From: Oscillospiraceae bacterium
GTDB taxonomy: Bacteria > Bacillota > Clostridia > Oscillospirales > Oscillospiraceae
Direction of reading: 5' to 3'
DNA: 59,108 nucleotides
NCBI GenBank assembly: GCA_017448145.1
Contig: JAFSMA010000050.1
Coordinates: 1-59,108 of the forward strand
The position numbers and the translations under genes are program-made. The notes below the pieces were generated by a model. That model worked only from the letters and a program-made list of their open reading frames with translations. It searched no databases and was not told where the DNA came from. This document shows, piece by piece, positions 48,992-58,544 of this stretch (positions are counted from its first letter, which is position 1; the number at the start of each line of letters is the position of its first letter).

Positions 48992-50239
48992 ATGCTGGAA
49001 AATGTATCTCTGGCCCTCCAGGGCGTGTGGAGCCACAAGCTCCGTTCCTTCCTGACCATGCTGGGCATTATCATCGGCATTGCCGCCATCATCACCATCG
49101 TGTCCACCATCAAGGGCACCAACGAGCAGATCAAGCAGAACCTCATCGGCCAGGGCACCAACGTGGTGACCGTGCAGCTGACCCAGGACGGCTACGAACT
49201 GGATCTGAGCTGGTCCGAGCCGCCCCAGGGCGTGACGCCCCTCACCGAGGAGCGCCGCGCCGAACTGGCCAAGCTGGAGGGCGTGGAGGACGTGTCGCTG
49301 TATCATCAGCGCCAGTGGAGCGACAACGTGTACTACGGCAACACCAATTTCTCCGGCTCCGTCTACGGCGTGGACAGCCACTATTTCTCCGTGAATGACT
49401 ATACCGTCAACTACGGCCGGGGCTTCATCGATTCCGATTTCACCCAGCACCGCAAGGTGGCGCTGGTAGACAGCAGCACCGCCCGCAGCCTGTTCACCGG
49501 CGAGAACCCGGTGGGCCGCACCATTGAGATGCAGGGCGAGCCCTTCACCGTGGTGGGCGTAGTGTCCAAGAACGGCGGCAGCGGCCCGGTGATCAACTCC
49601 TTGCAGGACTACTGGATGTATGCCGGCAACGGCTCCAGCAGCATTTTCATACCCGCCGACGCATGGAGCATCCTCTACCGCTACGATGAGCCCCAGAAGG
49701 TGGCCGTCCGGGCCAAAAACACCGACGCCATGACCTACGCCGGCGACAACGTGGCCAAGGCCATCAACGAGACCAACGTCACCTCCGACAAGGTGAAGTA
49801 CCAGGCCGACGACCTGTTGAAACAGGCCTCCGACCTGCAAAACCTCACCTCCAGCGCCAACAGCCAGCTCATCTGGATCGCCGCCATCTCCCTGGTGGTG
49901 GGCGGCATCGGCGTGATGAACATCATGTTGGTGTCGGTGACGGAGCGCACAAGGGAAATCGGCCTGAAAATCGCCATCGGCGCCCAGCAGAGCCGCATCC
50001 GCTGGCAGTTCCTGACGGAGGCGGCGGTGCTGACCTCCCTGGGCGGCCTGTTGGGCGTGGGCTGCGGCATCGGCCTTGCGTATATGCTCTCTCACGTCAT
50101 GGGTACACCGGTGGCCATCTCCGGCAGCGCGTGCCTCATTGCGGTGGTGTTCTCCATGGTCATCGGCATCGTGTTCGGCCTGGCCCCCGCTGTGAAGGCC
50201 AGCAAGCTGAACCCCATCGAGGCCCTGCGCCACGAATAA
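48992..50239 (+). CDS. MacB/FtsX-type ABC permease
   Basis: KLRSFLTMLGIIIGI, GGIGVMNIMLVSVTERTREIG, LNPIEALR. Confidence 0.95.
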   Translation: MLENVSLALQGVWSHKLRSFLTMLGIIIGIAAIITIVSTIKGTNEQIKQNLIGQGTNVVTVQLTQDGYELDLSWSEPPQGVTPLTEERRAELAKLEGVEDVSLYHQRQWSDNVYYGNTNFSGSVYGVDSHYFSVNDYTVNYGRGFIDSDFTQHRKVALVDSSTARSLFTGENPVGRTIEMQGEPFTVVGVVSKNGGSGPVINSLQDYWMYAGNGSSSIFIPADAWSILYRYDEPQKVAVRAKNTDAMTYAGDNVAKAINETNVTSDKVKYQADDLLKQASDLQNLTSSANSQLIWIAAISLVVGGIGVMNIMLVSVTERTREIGLKIAIGAQQSRIRWQFLTEAAVLTSLGGLLGVGCGIGLAYMLSHVMGTPVAISGSACLIAVVFSMVIGIVFGLAPAVKASKLNPIEALRHE

Positions 50240-50385
50240 TTCTACACACCCCCTTTGAGAATGAGAAAACACCCTGCGTGAGCAGGGTGTTTTCCATTTA
50301 TTTCCGGCCTTTGGCGGTTTGACATCTTCCCTATTCTATGGTAAACTGTCAGTATCTGTGAATATGTGTAAACGGAGGAATCAAC

Positions 50386-50685
50386 ATGGCTGATGAGAAG
50401 AAGACCGAAGGTCTGGTATATAAGGGACATCCCCTGCGCCGCATCGACAATCTGATTTATTACGGCTCCATGGCCGACAAGTACATCGTGATGTTCCAGA
50501 TCCTGGACACCAGGAAGGAGCAGGACATGGATGTGGCCACCAAGGTCAGCGTGCAGCTACAGCTCACCGACCCGGATCTGAAATCCCGTGACCGGGTGGT
50601 GAAGAAGTCGGAGAAGGACAGTCTGTACGCCGCTATGGACGTGGGTGCCATCTGGCTGGAGCGCGCCCTGGCCGGCAAGCTGTAA
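50386..50685 (+). CDS. Hypothetical protein
   Basis: GGAGG RBS, host-like codon use, 99 aa; no family recognised. Confidence 0.75.
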   Translation: MADEKKTEGLVYKGHPLRRIDNLIYYGSMADKYIVMFQILDTRKEQDMDVATKVSVQLQLTDPDLKSRDRVVKKSEKDSLYAAMDVGAIWLERALAGKL

Positions 50686-50688
50686 GCT

Positions 50689-51939
50689 ATGAAGCGGAAA
50701 GTGACAGTACTGCTGGCGGCGCTGGTGGTTTTGTTGTCCGGCGTGGTGATGCTGACGGCCAAGGTGCTGCCTCAGGAACCGACTGACCCCTCTGTGGCGG
50801 TGGCGGCCTATTCCGCCGCGCCGCTGGGCAGCGTCGCCGCCGTGTCCCTCGATGAGCTGCCCGCCGTACGCACGGAGGTCAAGGAGCTGGCCCGGGACGC
50901 CCATGACATCGCCGTGACCGTCCGGGACGACGCCTTGGCAGAGGAAGCGGAGCGCATTGCCGAGGAGCAGCGCATCGCCGCCGAGAAGGCCGCGGCAGAG
51001 GCCGCCCGGAAGGCAGCCGAAGAAGCTGCCAAAAAGGCCGCCGAGGAGGCCGCCAAAAAGGCGGAGGCCGTCTTTGGCAGCAGCACCACGTCTGTGAAAG
51101 CGCTGGGTCTGGTGTCCGGCTCTGACGTGCGGATGCGCGCCGCCGCCGATGGCAGCAGCACCATTATCACCACCCTGGGCAAGGGGACGGCGGTGGCCAT
51201 TACCGGCATGGAAAACGGCTGGTATCAGGTGAAATACGACGGCAAGAGCGGCTATATGTCCACCCAGTTCGTGGAGGCCAAAAGCTCCGCCAGCGGCCTG
51301 AGTGCCAACGGCAAGGTGACCGGCGACAGTGTCAACGTGCGCAACGCCGCGGGTACCGGCGGCAGCGTAGTCGTCTCTCTCGCCAGCGGAACAGGCGTCA
51401 CCGTCACTGGCTTTGAAAAGGGCTGGTACGCCGTCACCGCAGGCGGCAATTCCGGCTACGTGTCCGGCGACTATCTGGCGCTGGTCAGCAAGGCCGTCAC
51501 GGCTGCCCAGCAGACCACCGCACAGCAGACGGAGACCCTCGTCATCACAGCCACCGGCACCGGGGCGGAGATCGCCGCCAAGGCGCTGGAATACGTGGGG
51601 TATCCCTACAAGTACGGCGGCGAGGGCCCCGATGCCTTCGATTGCTCCGGCCTCACCAAGTACGTCTACGGGCTATACGGCGTGACGCTGTACCACGGCT
51701 CTATTAAACAGGGTCAAACGGGCATCGCGGTGGACAAGTCCGACCTGCAACCAGGCGACCTTGTGCTGTTCTACGGCAGTGGCAGCGAGGCCGGCGTAAA
51801 AGATGCCCACGTGGGCATCTACATCGGAGACGATCAGTTCGTACACGCCTCCACCTATGGCGTTGGCGTTATCGTTTCCTCGCTGAACACCAACACCTAC
51901 ATCAAGCGTTACTCCGGCGCACGGCGCATCATTTACTAA
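50689..51939 (+). CDS. NlpC/P60 peptidoglycan endopeptidase with two SH3b domains
   Basis: Signal/anchor, EEAAKKA coiled linker, two VR...GWY...GY repeats, FDCSG and HVGIY...HAS. Confidence 0.92.
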   Translation: MKRKVTVLLAALVVLLSGVVMLTAKVLPQEPTDPSVAVAAYSAAPLGSVAAVSLDELPAVRTEVKELARDAHDIAVTVRDDALAEEAERIAEEQRIAAEKAAAEAARKAAEEAAKKAAEEAAKKAEAVFGSSTTSVKALGLVSGSDVRMRAAADGSSTIITTLGKGTAVAITGMENGWYQVKYDGKSGYMSTQFVEAKSSASGLSANGKVTGDSVNVRNAAGTGGSVVVSLASGTGVTVTGFEKGWYAVTAGGNSGYVSGDYLALVSKAVTAAQQTTAQQTETLVITATGTGAEIAAKALEYVGYPYKYGGEGPDAFDCSGLTKYVYGLYGVTLYHGSIKQGQTGIAVDKSDLQPGDLVLFYGSGSEAGVKDAHVGIYIGDDQFVHASTYGVGVIVSSLNTNTYIKRYSGARRIIY

Positions 51940-51980
51940 TGCCTATGGAAATCCCCTCGCCTCCCGGCGAGGGGATTCTT

Positions 51981-52937
51981 TTATTCTGTTTTTTCGCTTT
52001 CGGAAACGGAATTTTCCGTTTCGGCGGCGGCTGCTTTCTCGCTTTCGGCGGCAGCCTGGGCCGCTTTTCGGTTGACGTAGAGTTCGCTCCTATCGTGAGG
52101 ATGGAGCTTCAGATGGTACAGCAGCATAAAGGCCGACACCAGGATCATCACCGCGCTCAGCGCCTGGCTGACCCGGATGGGCTGGCCGAAAAGCTGCCAG
52201 CCGAAAAGATAGAGGCTGTCGGTGCGCAGGCCCTCGATCCAGACCCGGCCCAGGCCGTACCACAGGAAGTAAAACCAGGTGTTCTGGCCGTCGAAACGGC
52301 GGCGCTTGGACACCACCGCCAGCAGCAGGATAAGACCCACCACGTTCCAAAGGCTCTCATAGAGGAACGTGGGATGGACGCACACCGCCTCGCCGGAGGT
52401 GGTGATCAGCTCCATGCGCCAGGGCAAGGTGGTCTCGGCGCCGAAGGCCTCCCGGTTCATGAAGTTGCCCCAGCGACCCACCGCCTGGCCGATAAGCAAG
52501 CCGGTCACCACCACGTCCATCATGGCGAAGAAGGGATAGCCCTTCCGGCGGGCGATGACCAAAATGGTGATGACCGCGGCGATGACGCCGCCGTAGATGG
52601 CCAGGCCGCCGTCCCAGATGGCAACCATCTCGCCCCAGTTGAGGCTGCCGTCGCCGTTGCGGTAGAGATCCAGGTAAAAGATGACGTAATAGATACGGGC
52701 GCCGATGACGCCCAGGGGCAGGCCCCACAGCACCGTATCCAGCAGATCGTCCTCAGTGATGCCGTATTTTTCCTTCTGCTTCATACACACCACCACCGCC
52801 ACCAGGGCGCCCAGGGCGATGAGGATGCCGTACCAGTAGATGCCGTGGCCCACGTTCAGCGCCTTGGCGGAGGCGGTAAACGCCCAATCTCCCAGCAGGC
52901 CGGGGAAACGAATGGGGCTGTCTGTCATAATGCGCAT
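51981..52937 (-). CDS. lgt: Prolipoprotein diacylglyceryl transferase
   Basis: IYWYG, GARIYYV, GGLAIYGG, GRWGNFMNRE, HPTFLYES. Confidence 0.96.
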   Translation of the reverse strand: MRIMTDSPIRFPGLLGDWAFTASAKALNVGHGIYWYGILIALGALVAVVVCMKQKEKYGITEDDLLDTVLWGLPLGVIGARIYYVIFYLDLYRNGDGSLNWGEMVAIWDGGLAIYGGVIAAVITILVIARRKGYPFFAMMDVVVTGLLIGQAVGRWGNFMNREAFGAETTLPWRMELITTSGEAVCVHPTFLYESLWNVVGLILLLAVVSKRRRFDGQNTWFYFLWYGLGRVWIEGLRTDSLYLFGWQLFGQPIRVSQALSAVMILVSAFMLLYHLKLHPHDRSELYVNRKAAQAAAESEKAAAAETENSVSESEKTE

Positions 52938-52940
52938 AGA

Positions 52941-54212
52941 TTAACCTTCCTTCGCGGTGATAATGGACATAGCCAGCTTTTCCCGGGTCAGATTGTCACC
53001 CAGGAAGCGGAGGATGTCCCCAGTGGTGATGCTGTCGTAGATTTCGGGGAAACGGTTGGGGTCGAAGCTGTGGAAGCAGCCCTCCACGAAACCGATGGCG
53101 ATGCTCTCGAAGCTGTTGAGGCTGCGGATGGTGTCCCCCAGGTTGGCGTTGCGGACCCGGAGGTAGTAACCCTCGTCCAGGCCCTCCCGCTGCAACCGCG
53201 CCACCTCCTCCAGCACGGCTTCTGCCACCGCGTGGGGGTCGGCGCTGTCGCCGCCGAAGGTGAGATAGGCCGCGCCGGGGAGGGCGTCGTAGTCGTAGCC
53301 GAAGGTACCGTTGATGAGGCCCTGGGCGTACAGCCGGGCATACAGGGGGCTGGACTCCCCCAGCAGAATGTCGCAGGCCAGGTCGCCTACGATGTTCTGC
53401 CGGTACCGCTCCTCGCCGGTGCCCAGGGGCGGGCACTTGCAGCCCGCCAGGAAATTGGTCATGGACACCTCCATGGCGATGGCGGTCTCCTTCTGGGCGG
53501 GCAACAAATCCTCCTCCGGGCCGTAGTCCCGGGGGATGGGCTTGCCCTTTTCGCTGCCCAGAACTTCGTTGGCCAGGGCCAGCACCTCTTCGCCGTCCAC
53601 GTCGCCCACCACCACCAGGCACATATTGGCAGGGGTGTAGAACGCTTTATGGCAGCGGTAGAGGGTTTTGGCGGTGATTTTGCGGATGCTGTCCACGCTG
53701 CCGGCCACCGGGGTTTTGGCAGGACTGTTGTGGTACAGGCACTGCATCAGATTGTGGTAGACCTGCCACTCCGGGTTATCCTCGATCATGCGGATCTCCT
53801 GGGAAATGATGCCCTGCTCCTTTGCCACGCTCTCGTCGGTAAAGTAAGGCACCGACACAAAGGACAGCAGCAGCCGCAGGTTGTCCGTAAAATGGTGGGT
53901 GCAGTCGAAATAGTAGCAGGTCATATCGTTGGCGGTGAAGGCGTTGGGCTCGGCGCCGTTCTTCGCCAGCTCCTGGAGGGCGTTGCCGTCCTCGGTATCG
54001 AACATTTTATGCTCCAGATAGTGTGCGATGCCGGCGGGGGTGTCCACCCACCTGCCCCGGGAGAAAAAGCGCATGTCCATGCCGCCGTACCGGGTGGCGA
54101 ACATGGCGTATTTGCGGTGGTAGTCCTTTTTCTCCACGAGGATGACGGGGAGACCGTTGGGCAGCGTCTCCCGGCGCACCCGCTCGCCGATGCGGGGATA
54201 ATCGGTCAGCAT
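52941..54212 (-). CDS. ymfH: M16 family Zn peptidase, YmfH-like
   Basis: GIAHYLEHKMF (HxxEH), NAFT, KEQGII.QEI, FYTPANM. Confidence 0.88.
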   Translation of the reverse strand: MLTDYPRIGERVRRETLPNGLPVILVEKKDYHRKYAMFATRYGGMDMRFFSRGRWVDTPAGIAHYLEHKMFDTEDGNALQELAKNGAEPNAFTANDMTCYYFDCTHHFTDNLRLLLSFVSVPYFTDESVAKEQGIISQEIRMIEDNPEWQVYHNLMQCLYHNSPAKTPVAGSVDSIRKITAKTLYRCHKAFYTPANMCLVVVGDVDGEEVLALANEVLGSEKGKPIPRDYGPEEDLLPAQKETAIAMEVSMTNFLAGCKCPPLGTGEERYRQNIVGDLACDILLGESSPLYARLYAQGLINGTFGYDYDALPGAAYLTFGGDSADPHAVAEAVLEEVARLQREGLDEGYYLRVRNANLGDTIRSLNSFESIAIGFVEGCFHSFDPNRFPEIYDSITTGDILRFLGDNLTREKLAMSIITAKEG

Positions 54213-55477
54213 GGGGTCTCCTCCTTCCCTTTCAGGAAATAGACGGTGTCCAAATGGGCTGCCTGTGCCGCCGCCATGATGCGCTCCCGGGTGACGGATT
54301 GCAGGGCGGCGAGCAGCTCCTCCGGCGTCTCGTCCAGGCCCAGGGCGTTCTGGCCCAGGCAGTAGTTTTCCATAGCGCCCTGGGAGTCGCCCAGCGCCGT
54401 CAGGGCGGAGTCCATAGCGGCCCGGGCGCTTTCCAGCTCCCAGGGCTCCCATTGGCCCTGGCGCACCAGGTCCAGCTGGTGGAGGATCTCCGCCAGGGCC
54501 CGGTCGTAGTCCTTGACCTCGATGCCGCTGGACACGGTCATGATCCGCTTGGAACGGGCAAAGCCGGAGGCGGCGTAGTAGCACAGGGAGAGCTGCTCCC
54601 GGACGGTCATAAACAGCTTTGCATTGCTGCTGCCGCCAAAGAGCAGGTTGGCCATAATCATGGCGGGGATGTCGTCGGTCTCGCAGCGCCAGCCCATGGA
54701 CAGCTTGCCCTGGGTCACGTCCATCTCCTCCACCACATACCGGGGCTCCTCCGGGGCGCGGCGCAGCACGATGGGCTCTGGCCGGGCCACCCGGCCCCTG
54801 GGCAGAGACGCCAGGGCGGACAGCAGCGCCGTCTCCACCCGGCTTTCCTCGGCGCTGCCGCAGTAGAAGATCTCCACCGGGGCGGTGGTGAGCAGTTCCT
54901 GATAATGGCGGTACAGCTTCTGGTGGTTGATGCGGCTTACACTGCCCTCGTCGCCCAGCCGCAGCACACCGTAGGGCTCATCGGCGCACATCTCCTGCAT
55001 CAAGCGCACCTCTGCCCAGTCCCGCTTGTCGTTTTTCAGCGACCGGATGGCGTCCAGCAGATTCTGCCGCTCGCTGTCCACATATGCCGGCATAAAGCGG
55101 CCGTTGCGGGTGACAGGATCCAGCAGCAGCTCGCCCAACAGCTCCGTCACCGGCTCCAGCAGCTTTTCCCGGCCGGGGGCAAAGGCGTCGTCGATGCACT
55201 GGGCCACGAAGCCCACGCACTGCCGCTCCCCCTTCTTGCGAACGGTATAGTCGATGGTGGCGCCGTAGAGGGCGTCCAGGGCGGCGCTGAGGCTCTCCAT
55301 ATCCGGGTGGCGCATGGTGCCCCGGCGCAGCACCGCCGGCACCAGAGCGTTGAACCCCGCCGTCTCCCGGCGCAGGTCGGTGATGAGCTGCACGCTGAGC
55401 AGGCACGTTTTGAACTTGCGCTGGTGCAGGTACGTGAGATACACGTCCTGCATAATCTCCTTGCGGGTAAAGCGCAT
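54206..55477 (-). CDS. ymfF: M16 family inactive subunit, YmfF-like
   Basis: KFKT, LYGA, TQGKL, FGG...KLF.TVRE.LSLCYYA; paired with ymfH. Confidence 0.85.
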   Translation of the reverse strand: MRFTRKEIMQDVYLTYLHQRKFKTCLLSVQLITDLRRETAGFNALVPAVLRRGTMRHPDMESLSAALDALYGATIDYTVRKKGERQCVGFVAQCIDDAFAPGREKLLEPVTELLGELLLDPVTRNGRFMPAYVDSERQNLLDAIRSLKNDKRDWAEVRLMQEMCADEPYGVLRLGDEGSVSRINHQKLYRHYQELLTTAPVEIFYCGSAEESRVETALLSALASLPRGRVARPEPIVLRRAPEEPRYVVEEMDVTQGKLSMGWRCETDDIPAMIMANLLFGGSSNAKLFMTVREQLSLCYYAASGFARSKRIMTVSSGIEVKDYDRALAEILHQLDLVRQGQWEPWELESARAAMDSALTALGDSQGAMENYCLGQNALGLDETPEELLAALQSVTRERIMAAAQAAHLDTVYFLKGKEETPC

Positions 55478-55637
55478 GATACCCCTCCCTTTCGGGTGCA
55501 TAATACACAATAAGAATATTATAAACCATTTTCTCCCGGATGAAAAGCACCAATTCCCCCGCAGTTGACAAATGGGAAAAACCATTTATAATCGTATCTG
55601 GATTTCCGGGCCCATGGCCCGGTACACGAGGTGAAAT

Positions 55638-56744
55638 ATGGAAAAAATCAAAGCGTTTCTGCGGCGGAAGAACATCGTGTTCTCCGCAAAGCGTTACTTT
55701 ATCGACGCCATGAGTGCCATGGCGCAAGGGCTGTTCTGCACGCTGCTGGTGGGCACCATTCTCAACACCCTGGGTCAGCAGTTCCACATCGGGTTTTTGA
55801 ACGCCGTCATCGTCACCCTGGGCAAGGGGGACGGCGCGGTGCACTACACCATCGGCGGCCTGTGCTCGGCCATGGTGGGCCCGGCCATGGCGGTGGCCAT
55901 CGGCTGGGCGCTGCAAGCGCCGCCCATGGTGCTGTTCTCCCTCATCGGCGTGGGCTTTGCCACCAACTATATGGGCGGGGCCGGCGGACCGCTGGCGGTG
56001 TTCTTCGTGGCCATTATCGCCGCGGAGATCGGCAAGGCCGTCAGCAAGGAGACGAAAATCGACATTCTGGTGACCCCCATCGTCACCACCCTGGCGGGCA
56101 TCGGCGTGGCGGCGCTGATCGCCGCCCCCATCGGCGCCGCTGCCGCCGCCGTGGGCCACTTCATCATGTGGGCCACGGAGCTGCAGCCCTTCTTCAGGGG
56201 CATTCTGGTGTCGGTGGTGGTGGGCGTGGCGCTGACGCTGCCTATTTCCTCTGCCGCCATCTGCACCGCCCTGGGCCTGACGGGCCTTGCCGGCGGCGCC
56301 GCCGTGGCGGGCTGCTGCGCCCAGATGGTGGGCTTCGCCGTCATGTCCTTCCGGGAAAACCGTTGGGGCGGACTGGTGGCCCAGGGCATCGGCACCAGCA
56401 TGCTGCAAATGCCCAACATTGTGAAAAACGTGCGGGTGTGGATTCCCCCCACCCTCTGCGCCGCCATCACAGGCCCCATGGCCACGTGCCTGTTCCATCT
56501 GGAGATGAACGGCGCACCGGTGGCCAGCGGTATGGGCACCTGCGGCTTTGTGGGCCAAATCGGCGTCTACACCGGCTGGGTGGCCGACATGGCCAGCGGC
56601 GCCAAGGCCGCTATCACCGCCGCCGACTGGCTGGGGCTGGTGCTGATCTCCTTCGTGCTGCCTGCCGTGATTACGCCCCTCATCGCCCTCCCCCTGCGGA
56701 AGCTGGGCTGGATCAAGGACGGCGATCTGGATCTGAAGCTGTAA
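55638..56744 (+). CDS. PTS EIIC-like membrane protein (stand-alone)
   Basis: MAQGLFCTLLVG, TKIDILVTP, TLPISSAA, QGIGTSMLQ, SGMGTCG. Confidence 0.82.
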   Translation: MEKIKAFLRRKNIVFSAKRYFIDAMSAMAQGLFCTLLVGTILNTLGQQFHIGFLNAVIVTLGKGDGAVHYTIGGLCSAMVGPAMAVAIGWALQAPPMVLFSLIGVGFATNYMGGAGGPLAVFFVAIIAAEIGKAVSKETKIDILVTPIVTTLAGIGVAALIAAPIGAAAAAVGHFIMWATELQPFFRGILVSVVVGVALTLPISSAAICTALGLTGLAGGAAVAGCCAQMVGFAVMSFRENRWGGLVAQGIGTSMLQMPNIVKNVRVWIPPTLCAAITGPMATCLFHLEMNGAPVASGMGTCGFVGQIGVYTGWVADMASGAKAAITAADWLGLVLISFVLPAVITPLIALPLRKLGWIKDGDLDLKL

Positions 56745-56772
56745 TCTGTTTTCCACGCAAAAAAGACACCCC

Positions 56773-56806
56773 GAAGGAGGCACTCCGCAAGGAAGTGCCT
56801 CCTTCC
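56773..56806. terminator. Hairpin after the EIIC-like gene
   Basis: GAAGGAGGCACT...AGTGCCTCCTTC; weak U tract. Confidence 0.55.
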
Positions 56807-56824
56807 GCTTCAAATGCAAGGTGA

Positions 56825-56853
56825 TTGACTACGCCGGTCAACGATAGTATAAT
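56825..56853 (+). promoter_or_regulatory. Strong sigma-A promoter upstream of the cassette-like genes
   Basis: TTGACT-N17-TATAAT. Confidence 0.85.
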
Positions 56854-56893
56854 GACCGAAACAAATTCGGATTGACAGGGGGAGAAGGATCAC

Positions 56894-57679
56894 ATGAATG
56901 AAGTGAATCAAACACTCTATATCCCGCTGTATGGAAAATCAAAGGTGAGCCAACAGGGGATTATCCTGAACGATCCCTCAGCTGAGCGAATATGGAAAGA
57001 AGAAGCCTTCCCAATTCGAGGAAAGTCCAGGTCAAAATGGCTTGCTTACAATATGGCCATGAGAGCCCGTGTGTTCGACGACTGGACAGACAGTATGCTG
57101 CAGCGGAGCCGCGATGCGTTGGTACTTCATATTGGGTGTGGGCTTGACAGTAGGAATATGAGGGTAAAAACGACCTGTTCTGAATGGGTGGACTGCGATC
57201 TTCCGGATGTCATAGCGATTCGCAAGAAATATTTTCGGGAAAATGAAACGTACCATATGACAGCTTTGGATGCGTCCAGACCCGAACAGATCGGAATGCT
57301 CCCGGATCGTGATACGGCCGTCGTTGTCCTTGAGGGACTGAGCATGTATCTGACCAACAGCCAAGTACGGGGGTTATTGCAAGCCCTTGATAAAAAGTAT
57401 GGGGAAATCCATATTCTGATGGATGTTTATACCGAATTCGGTGTAAAAGCATCGAAATATAAAAACCCTGTCAATGACGTGGGTGTTACTCAATTGTATG
57501 GGATAGATGCTATCGGGAGCATCATCGACGGACTTCGGATCAAATTTGTAAAAGAGCACAGCTTCACTCCCGCCGCGCTGGTCAAAGAGCTTACGCCAAT
57601 CGAAAGATTGATTTTCAAGCTGCTATTTACAGGCAAGCTGTACCGAAAGATATATCGCTTGTACGAACTTAAGGCATAA
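56894..57679 (+). CDS. Class I SAM-dependent methyltransferase (LCM/TcmP-like)
   Basis: TLYIPLYG, RARVFDD, LHIGCGLDSR, DLPDVI..R, EGLSMYL; AT-richer codons than host genes. Confidence 0.88.
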   Translation: MNEVNQTLYIPLYGKSKVSQQGIILNDPSAERIWKEEAFPIRGKSRSKWLAYNMAMRARVFDDWTDSMLQRSRDALVLHIGCGLDSRNMRVKTTCSEWVDCDLPDVIAIRKKYFRENETYHMTALDASRPEQIGMLPDRDTAVVVLEGLSMYLTNSQVRGLLQALDKKYGEIHILMDVYTEFGVKASKYKNPVNDVGVTQLYGIDAIGSIIDGLRIKFVKEHSFTPAALVKELTPIERLIFKLLFTGKLYRKIYRLYELKA

Positions 57680-57713
57680 ATTCCAGTTTGTCTGGCAGGT
57701 CTTTTGATGTCCG
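57676..57713 (+). repeat. Cassette-boundary direct repeat, copy 1
   Basis: ATAAATTCCAGTTTGTCTGGCAGGTCTTTTGATGTCCG; 33/38 identical to 58507-58544. Confidence 0.9.
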
Positions 57714-57738
57714 AGATGGCAGGAGGCCGTATGTTGAT

Positions 57739-58503
57739 ATGAATGACTGGTTCACCGTTGAGAGAATCGACGCACAAACATTTGCCATAAGTGAATATCG
57801 GCATTGGGAGGAAACGCATTGCTATCTGCTTTGCGGGCAGGACAAGTCCGCTTTGATTGACACGGGTCTTGGGGTTTCAAACATACAATGCGTAGTGGAT
57901 CGTCTGACAACACTGCCTGTTACTGTGCTGACAACGCATGTGCATTGGGATCACATAGGCGGGCACGGGCTTTTTGACCGCATTGCAGTACATGAGGCGG
58001 AAAAAGATTGGATCGACGGAGGTTTTCCTTTGCCGTTGCATGAAGTGAAGGAGCAGTTGACAAAACCGCCCTGTACGTTACCGGAGGAGTTCGATCTTGA
58101 CTTATATCGGATCTTTCAGGGGAAACCGCAGATTCTATTCCATGATGGTGATTGTTTTGACTTGGGCGGACGAACAATCCGGGTGCTGCACACGCCGGGA
58201 CATTCTCCCGGGCACTGTTGTTTTTACGAACAGGAGAGAAGGTATTTGTATTCCGGCGATTTGGTGTACAAAGGCTGTCTGGACGCCTTTTATCCCAGCA
58301 CTGACCCGTTGCTTTTTTATCAGTCAGTAAAGCGCCTGATGGAACTGGAGGTCAGCCGCGTTTTTCCCGGCCATCATGACTTGGAGATTCCCGTTTCACT
58401 GATTGGTGAGATCAATGCGGATTTTTCCCAGCTTGAGCGGAACGGGCAACTGAAACAGGGAAACGGATTGTATGACTTCGGTGACGTTAAAATCCATATC
58501 TGA
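57739..58503 (+). CDS. Metallo-beta-lactamase-fold hydrolase
   Basis: AGGAGG RBS; LIDTG, THVHWDHIGG, HTPGHSPG, SGD, PGH. Confidence 0.92.
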   Translation: MNDWFTVERIDAQTFAISEYRHWEETHCYLLCGQDKSALIDTGLGVSNIQCVVDRLTTLPVTVLTTHVHWDHIGGHGLFDRIAVHEAEKDWIDGGFPLPLHEVKEQLTKPPCTLPEEFDLDLYRIFQGKPQILFHDGDCFDLGGRTIRVLHTPGHSPGHCCFYEQERRYLYSGDLVYKGCLDAFYPSTDPLLFYQSVKRLMELEVSRVFPGHHDLEIPVSLIGEINADFSQLERNGQLKQGNGLYDFGDVKIHI

Positions 58504-58506
58504 GAG

Positions 58507-58544
58507 ACAACTTCCGGTTTGTCTGGCAGGCCTTTTGCTGTCCG
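58507..58544 (+). repeat. Cassette-boundary direct repeat, copy 2
   Basis: ACAACTTCCGGTTTGTCTGGCAGGCCTTTTGCTGTCCG, starting 3 bp after the MBL stop. Confidence 0.9.

Noticed and set aside
50940-51070. Tandem EEAAKKA-coding repeats
   Set aside because: Ordinary coiled-coil linker of an NlpC/P60 protein.
57676-58544. 38-bp direct repeats as a CRISPR array
   Set aside because: Only two full copies, separated by a whole gene rather than a short spacer; no cas genes.
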